Source: Mesotaenium endlicherianum (Eukaryota). From it: 64,000 nucleotides of DNA. The DNA is taken from NCBI GenBank assembly GCA_009602735.1, contig WELA01003597.1, forward strand, positions 124,001-188,000, given 5' to 3'. Both the position numbers and the translations under genes were made by a program. The number at the start of each line of letters is the position of its first letter. The stretch's first letter is position 1. The notes beneath the pieces are model-generated. The model was not told the origin of the DNA, did no database searches, and worked only from the letters and a program-made list of their open reading frames with translations. This document shows, one piece after another, positions 56,278 to 64,000 of the stretch.

Positions 56278-59200
56278 ATGGTAAGGGATTTCCTTCACCA
56301 AGCAAGAACTTGAGCAAGACTTCACAATATCTAGTTCATAAGTTCACTGAGTATCAGTATTCCTGATGGACAGTTTACGTAGCCTCCATTATGCTGGATA
56401 ATCAGTTGACCCCTTATTCTTTTCATGCTTATCTCGAAAAAGCCTCCAGGCCCCTTCTTGCTAGCTGCAGATAATTCAGAAAAAATCGTTCAAATAAGCT
56501 GCCCCTTTATGCTTACTCTATGGATTGCAGCTGCTATACTTCTGATGAAATCCTTCTAACTTTAATGGTAAGTTTTGAGTGAGACTTCTGGTTGTGGCTG
56601 CCTGTATGGGATTCATAAGTCTTACTTGTTCAGGAGCTGGCACAGTCTTAGCAGCTAAAGTATGGCACATATAACCCTTACGGGAAATTGAAGTACTCAG
56701 TGGCCTTCTCTTTGCATGGGGCACAGCAAGGTGACATACGAAGATTTTTTGGCAAGAACTCAAAGGATGCTGCACCAAAAAGTGTACCGGTATGATCACA
56801 GGATGGCCTTTTGTCTGGAACTTAGTCTGGTTTCTTTGATCTGCAAGCTTCAGTAATCCTACAGCTTGCCTCTTTATGCACAATCTCCCCACAGGGGTTG
56901 CCCTGCTTCCTTTGTAGCACAGAGCATATATCATGGGCATAAACTCCAACAATGTTTTCCGTGAACGTTCATGCTAGGTCATGTTCTTTTTATCAAGACG
57001 ATACCAGTTTGTACAGCTTGGCATCGTGCTTGAAGCTCCTTGTGCAACTGAGTGAGATAGCATTGAATGATAACATTCCAACTGCCCTTTGCTTTTCAGA
57101 AGCAGCGGATCCTTTAGGTGCAGGTCTTTTCACCTCAATTATGAGGTGCAATGTGCATGGGTGACAACTGATGCTGTAGTTGGTCGGGCTCATATCCCTG
57201 CAGGCTCCTGCAGTAAAGCCTAAGGAAGTGCCCTCGGAGCCAGTTGCATCAAGTGTTAAGAGTACGCCAACCAAAAAATCCACAAAAGAAGAGAAAGCCA
57301 CAGAGACAGTGAAGAAGACTAGGAGTCCAGCATTGAAGAGGCCCACACATCCCAAGGTTGAAGTGAAAGAGGAGGCTCCTAAAAGTGCTAGAAAAAGTGG
57401 GGGTAGATCAAAGAGGGCAAGTGAAGATGATGATGATGACGATGAAGAGTATGATGTAGATGAAGAGGAAAAAAAGATCACTTCTAAGAAAGCAAAGATG
57501 ACCCCAAAGGCAGCACCAGCAGCAGTAGTCAAGCCTAGTGGTAGAGGAGCAGGAGCAGGTACTGGTGCTAGTGACCCTGCAAGTAAGCCAGCAGCTGGAA
57601 GAGGGCGGGGAGGTGGTGGAGGAGGAGGGGGTTGGCGAGGTGGCTTTGTAGAACGAGGTGCTCCTCCTCACAAGGGAGAGAAGGTAGGAAGAGTTTATGT
57701 ACTGCATTTTTCTGAAAGACTTTGTGACATTTCAAGGTGTTAGTAGATATATTCTCAACATCTGGAGACTGAGACTGGTGAACTTGTGAGGTGGCGGCAG
57801 GAAGTGCCTGAGGGAGCTGAAGATGCCCTGGCAGGTTTTACCATCGTCATCAGCGGCACGCTAGACAGGTGCCGTTTTGATCAGTTTGCCAGGCTGCCTC
57901 TTTTGTGCAAGACTCTCACGTCATGGCAGTGTCATGTTGAAGGTGGGATAAGGAGCAAACTACTTGAGCTCACATCCTGGAGAGGGCCGGGGAGGGGTGG
58001 AGGGAGGGATTATTGTGCAGCTTGGAGCGGGAGGAGGCAGAGGACCTCATTAAGCGGCATGGAGGGCGTATCACCGGCTCTATCAGCAAGAAAACGGTAT
58101 AATTTGTCGCTGGCTTGAATGCAACAAAGCTGCCAAGCAAACTTCTAGACGCAACCATCAGGATCTCTTGCTGCCTTTGTTCTTTGTCTCGTCTCTTGCC
58201 CGTCTTCTGCTACGAGCTGTTTGTGGAGAGCTGCTGTACGATCAGTTACCGTCCTTGAGTTCTTCTGAGGAAGAGGCCTTTGACCTCCGATGATTGAGCT
58301 GAGACATAAGTACGACATGGAGGATAGTCCTGTGCTAGATCAACTCCAGAAGTGTGTGGGCCATTTCAGTTGTCCAGATTTCAACAGCTAGGTATTAATT
58401 GTCTGATGTGACGTGCGTGTGGGGCTATTGGCAGAGCTATTTGCTGGCTGATGAAGATGTAGGCGGCAGGAAGTCTCAGAAGGCAAAGGAGCTCAAGTAA
58501 GAGTGCTAGCATTCCTGCTGTCATGCCATGAATGTTTGTACCCTGCCAGTGTACCTTCCATTGTCTACTGATTGTGGGCCTTGTGTTGCAGTTTTGAGAA
58601 CAGGCAGCTTGAGTGGTAATGTGGTGGGCAGGGTGCCCTTCCTCACAGAGGATGGCTTGTTTGAACTCATCCGCAAGAAGCCTGCTGCAGTGTCACCCCC
58701 TGCTGCTGTGGCATCATCCCCCGCTTCAGGTTCGGGAACCAAGCCACATGATAGCCTCTTGTCCAATGACACTGCTTGCTGCATCTCTTCATTCTGGCTT
58801 CTTGTCCTGGTTCCGGCAGGGAGGTGCTTCACTGCTATTTTGTCACGTCTCTGCTGCGGATCCTCAGGCTGGGCGTGCCTGAAGTAAGATCAGTGTGCTG
58901 GTTTCCACTTTAGAAGCACAGATGGTGTGCAAGAGGCGTATGAGGTGTAGCTCTGGTGCGAGCCTTGGCGCTATGGCTGAGTGAAAATTGGACATGCTTG
59001 CATGCATTGTGCAGGCTCTAAAGGCAAAGGCAGAAGGGTTGCACCTGAGCCCCCTGCCCCTCTCCCCCCTAAGGCACCCAGTAAAGCAGCTCCACCACCA
59101 CCATCAGCCGCAGCAGCATTGGTGAAAGGGAAGGCCAAAGCAGGTGCAGGACCAGGCGCAGCAGCAGGAGGGGCGGGCAATGGGGTGGTAATGACGGAGG

Positions 59201-62200
59201 CGTGGCCGCAGAAGTATGCGCCGCACTCAGTCGACGACATTGTTGCCAACCAAACCCTTGTACGTAGTCTTTGCATCTCTCCAGCACCTTGCTCTCTCCT
59301 CTCTACGTCCTCAACAATACCTCGCTCAAGCGAATATGAGATAATGGGTCACTTTGGAGCCATTTATGGCGCAGTCTGATGGGGGGTGGCTGCATGCTCT
59401 GGGGCTGTTACAGGTGAAGCAGTTGCAGGAGTGGATGGCCAACTGGGATGCTCATCACCTGCATGGAGCTGGCAAGGACAAGAAGGGCAAGAAGGGAGCA
59501 GGTGGCAGCAGCAGCAGCAAAACAGGAGCTGACAAGAAGGCTGTGCTCATCAGCGGCGGGCCTGGCATTGGCAAGACCACCACGGCGCGCCTCGTTTGCG
59601 AGCAACTTGGCCGCCCTACCCTCGAGGTTGACACCTGTCCTCCCCACTCAGCAAGAGCCATGCCATCCATGTGTATGGCCGCATGCTCGCTCCTCCTCGG
59701 CAAGTGCTGGAGCGTGGGAGGCGACGCTGGCTTTCTGCGTCCTGCAGCGGCAAGGAAGAAGTGTCCTGTGCTCAGAAGTAGTTCCTGAGAAACTATGGGG
59801 TCTAAATTCTGGCTGGAGGGGGCTATGATGAGCCTGCAGGTGAATGCGAGTGACACGAGGGGCAAGGCGGATACAAAGATTGGAGGCGGCATGGGCGGGC
59901 GCACGGCCAACGCCATCAAGGAGATGGTCACTAACACGTCGCTGGCCTTTGGTGACAACAGTGGAGGGTCAGTTTCTTGACTGTTCTTGATTTGCCCTTT
60001 CCCAACGCACAGGTCTCATTCAGGGGTGTATTTTTTGTACGCGTGTTGGTGCTGCTGTTGGACACTGCAGGATGTCTTGCCGTGGCAATGCTTGCAGCAG
60101 CAGTGGAGACCGGCTGTCCTGACGTCACCTCAATCTTTTGGCCCAGAGCCACTTGTTGGGGCTAGGCTCTGTCTGGCCACTACATGTAGTCCACCAATGG
60201 CCTTGTCCCTGCACACAGGCCATGTGCCCTATCCTTCCGGAAGTGACCTCGTTAACGCTGCTGTGGCTTGTTGGCTCGTTTCTTGTACCTGTCTAGCTCT
60301 GTTGGAAGTGCTCCAATAGCGTAAGTTGGCCAAGGTTTTACATGACATGCCGGTGTCAGGAGTGCAGCTTGGCTCAGGGTGAAACTTGATTTTCCTGGAC
60401 ATGACTGCAAGTAGCACGCGCTGCTGCTGTTGCTGCTGCTGCTTATGCTGGTATTGATGGTGGTGATGGTGGTGGCGATGGGGGGGGCAGGGAGCAGAAG
60501 CTGAAGCCAGTGCTGATCATGGACGAGGTGGACGGCATGTCGGGCGGAGACCGAGGCGGTGTGGCCGACCTCATAGCCAGCATCAAGTCCAGCAGCATCC
60601 CCATCGTGTGCATCTGCAATGATCGCTACTCTCGCAAGCTGCAGTCGCTCGTCAACCACTGCCTGCTTCTCAACTACCGCAAGCCCACCAAGCAGCAGGC
60701 ATGTTGCACGTGCCCTTGCTGTGCCTCATTCTTGCACTGGTGGCCGCCACCCGCTCGAAAGACATGCAGGAGGACCCTGGACCCTCAAATCCTGACCCCT
60801 CAACTTGCCAGGTGCGCCTTTGAGCTTGCTGAGACAACGAAAGCTTGCGAGGCCATGCAGGGGCTGTCCTTATTGTGCCCTGGTTGCCATGCCTTGGACT
60901 AATGGACGCATTAAGGGGCACAGCACAAAGAGGATTCCTGGTTTAGCGTAGGGCGCCTCCACCCACACCCCCCCTTGGCGCTCCCTCTTCTAGTGTTCCA
61001 GTGGGCCGGTCCTTGGTGAGTGCTCTGAAGGGCGTCGGTTTCGGGCTGCAGATGGCAAAGAGGCTGCGCTATGTGGCCAACCAGGAGAAGCTTCAGGTGG
61101 CAGACGTACGTATTCTTGCTACATAAGCACCCACCCCCTTATATTTCTCCCTCTGTTCCTTGTGCACCATGCACGGCATTGCTTCGTGCCTGTCAGAGTA
61201 CCCGCTCCTTTCTATTTCTGGGAGGTGCGCTGGGAGGTTTGCCTGACAATCGAAAAAGCACGCCTCGGGTGCCCGCTCGTGCATCATTGTGTATCCACAT
61301 GTGCCTTTTTGGCCGGTCTGGAAGAGGCTGACCAAAGTATGGCATGGGTAGCTGTTCCTGGCGGGGGTGCCAAGCCTGACACTCATGGAAGTGCATTCTG
61401 GTGCAGACTGCGTTGGAGGAGCTGGCAGAGAAGGTGAACGGGGACATGAGGATGGCCCTCAACCAGCTGCAGTATATGGCCTTGTCGTCGCGCACCCTCT
61501 CCTATGCTGATCTCAAGGCCCGTCTCAACGCCAGCGCCAAGGACGAGGACATGAAGCCCATGGCTGCCCTTGACAAGTAAGCTCCTCGTCCGGAGCTGTC
61601 TTGCTTTGCTCTAGGTGTAGCAGGCCCTTCTACAGCTTTCACAGCGGTTGAGACCGACTAGTCCACTCAATGAGAGCGAGTCTCTGGTTGACTGTGAGAC
61701 CCTCTTCTTACCCTGTTTGGATCTGAGGCTCAGTGAGACATTTTGTGATGGCACCATACTGTACGGGGAGGTGGGCAGGCTGCTTGGTATGGGAGCTGGG
61801 CGGCTGAGGCTGGACGAGCGCATTGATGCCGCCATGTCCGACATCGATCTTATCCCCCTCATGCTCCAGGTAGGTGGTGCCTGGGCTGCTCTGGCCCCCC
61901 TCTGCTTCTCAGCCATCCAGCCATCCGTCAATTCTCGCAGACCATCCACCTCCTTTGACTGAATACGCTGTCTCTAATACCCCACCCTCCCTCGCCATAA
62001 TGCTGGCTGGCACAGACAGGAGTATGGCTCACGCCTTGGACTGCTGCATTGTGATTGTCGTCTGGATGCTGCTGTTCATTGCAGGAGAATTACTTGAATT
62101 ACCGCCCAATCGGAGTGGACCCAGAGAGCGCGGAGGGGCTGGAGAGAATGTCGCGTGCCGCCGACTCCATTTCAGACGGCGACCGCGTCAACGTGCAGGT

Positions 62201-64000
62201 CTTTTGACTGGCCTACCTTACCTCGCTACTTCCTTACCCAGCGCCATTGATTTTCCCACCATTTTGTGCACGCTTTCGTTTTCCCTTGCTGGATTACTTG
62301 GTTGAGCTATAGGGTAGCTGCCTCTCCTCTCTTAATGACTGTCCTTCTGGCATCATATGCTGACCAACTAAGGGCGGCTGGAGGTTGGACACATTGGGTT
62401 CTGGAAGTCCACCTTCCCTGCACAAGTTTAAGGCTAGAGTGGGCATAGGTATAGCAACGAACTGACACGGGACATACGGTGTACTGGTCCTCAAAACCAT
62501 CGCGAGCAGGTGCGAAGGTACCAGCAGTGGCAGCATCTCCCATTCTCGACCTTTATGTCCTGTCTTCTTCCGTAAGTTCTCTTCCCCGCAGTCAGACAAG
62601 GTGTGCTTGTTCTATTCACTTGCTTAGGGCAAGCAGCAGCACAGGCAGCATCCCTAAGTTTGGCCTGTACTTACTGCCAGTCAAGGCCTCCTGTAGAGTG
62701 CTTGTGTTTTCAAGTTGGAGCTGTGTGCCAGGGTTTGAATGTGCAATACATAGCTAGCTGCCATGATATAGGCTTCAAGGATAGCTGCTGCTAGCAGCTC
62801 GTCACTTAGGGTGTAAACCCATAAATGGCGCCCTGGGTGTGTGCGTGGGAATGAGAGTGCAGGGGCATTTGCGTGCACGGGTCGCGCACTGTTCTGGCTC
62901 CGGTACGCTGCACCGCACGGTCTCTTTTTTATTCTGTTTCATGGCACCCGTTCTTTGCCTCTGTCCTGTGTGAACGGTCTTGGCTAATCGCGTCTTTTTT
63001 GTTGTAGTCCCCTCCTTGTGGTCATTTTGATCATGGACGCTGATCGCAAATGCGTGTGTGCGCCACAATGCAGGGCGAGATGAATTTCAACCGGTTCCCA
63101 GGATGGCTGGGCAAGAACTCCACAACGGGCAAGAACAGGCGCCTGCTGGATGAGCTCCACTCGCACATCCTCGCCTCCCGTGTCTGTGAGCCCACCAGGT
63201 GAGATTGCACAACATTTTCAGCAGAGCCAGCTGTTGTCAGATCTATGCAGGTACATGTGCCCATACTCACATATTTCACTTGAAGATTTATTTATTGCAG
63301 GTATTACAATCATATATTCTTGAAACCAACCAGGATTTGAAATACAAAGCTGGCCCATAAGATGATGAGGCGGTATTGACTGCCTGTTGCCATAGATGAG
63401 GCCTGGGAGACTGCAAATCCGAAGCCATCAACCCTGGTAGCAATAGCATCCAATGCTGCTGTCAACAGACGGGCTTCTGATCACATGCATGTATCCAACA
63501 GTAAGACCTTGGGTCACAGCGTGCACGTCGAACGTCGAGTGTGTTGCCCCGTAACGCTGAAATTCACACTCATCCCATGGGTGGTGGTTGGTGGGTGCAG
63601 GCTGGGGGTGCGCTTGGACTACCTGCCTCTGCTCAAGGACAGCATCACAGGGCCCCTCAAAACAATGAGCAAGGTGGAGACCACGGGGCTTATACAACTA
63701 CTTCTCCCTGCCCTGCCCTTTTGATTTCCATCTTGTGGCTCCGCTTGCAGCATTGCGATTGGGCACTTATCATATGAATTAATCTGCTCCATCCACCTCC
63801 TGGGTGCCTCAAGTATGGGAGAGGCACTTCTAACGGTCGCCCAAAAATTCGCTGGCATGTGAGCGGGGTGCAGGAGGAGGGAGTGGGGGCAGTACTGCAG
63901 CTGCTGGAGGAGTATTCCATCACTCTCGAGGACTACGACACTATCCTTGAGCTGTCCCGCCTAAAGGTGCACATGCGTGTGCAACCTGTGCTGCCCCCAC
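56278..64000 (+). CDS. RFC1: Replication factor C large subunit (partial, continues beyond window)
   Basis: ATG|gtaag (56278-80), then QGDIRRFFGK (56727-56789). BRCT: EVPEGAEDALAGFTIVISGTLDSLEREEAEDLIKRHGGRITGS. WPQKYAP. Walker A: ISGGPGIGKTT. VNASDTR. Walker B: IMDEVDGMSGGDRGG. CICNDRYS, RKPTKQQMAKRL, NGDMRMALNQL, LMLQENYLN, FPGWLGKNS. Confidence 0.96.

Overview
Intron-rich eukaryotic nuclear DNA, most likely from a streptophyte green alga or early-diverging plant. This is inferred from plastid FLN and XK-1 genes, plant-type Nudix/NHX/nodulin-MFS genes and an AT-AC minor intron. Bases 1-6.2 kb are a decayed retroelement nest: a degenerate coiled-coil ORF, a dead aspartic protease and two ~530-bp direct repeats. 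Ten spliced genes follow, which I reconstructed by hand: Nudix hydrolase (+); two divergent paralogous secreted proteins of unknown family (-/+), separated by a non-autonomous Mutator-like element with a perfect 9-bp TSD; a CCCH-zinc-finger/CCR4-Angel EEP nuclease (-); a CHD6-9-like SANT/SLIDE + FYRN/FYRC protein that lacks chromodomains and the SNF2 ATPase (+); nodulin-like MFS (-); FLN (-); XK-1 (+); NHX5/6-type antiporter (-); and RFC1 (+, runs off the end). The best leads are the motor-less CHD-like chromatin protein, a recurrent intron design (C-rich after the donor, G-rich with no polypyrimidine tract before the acceptor) and the unknown secreted paralog pair. Exon boundaries are manual predictions and family calls rest on recalled motifs, not on database searches.
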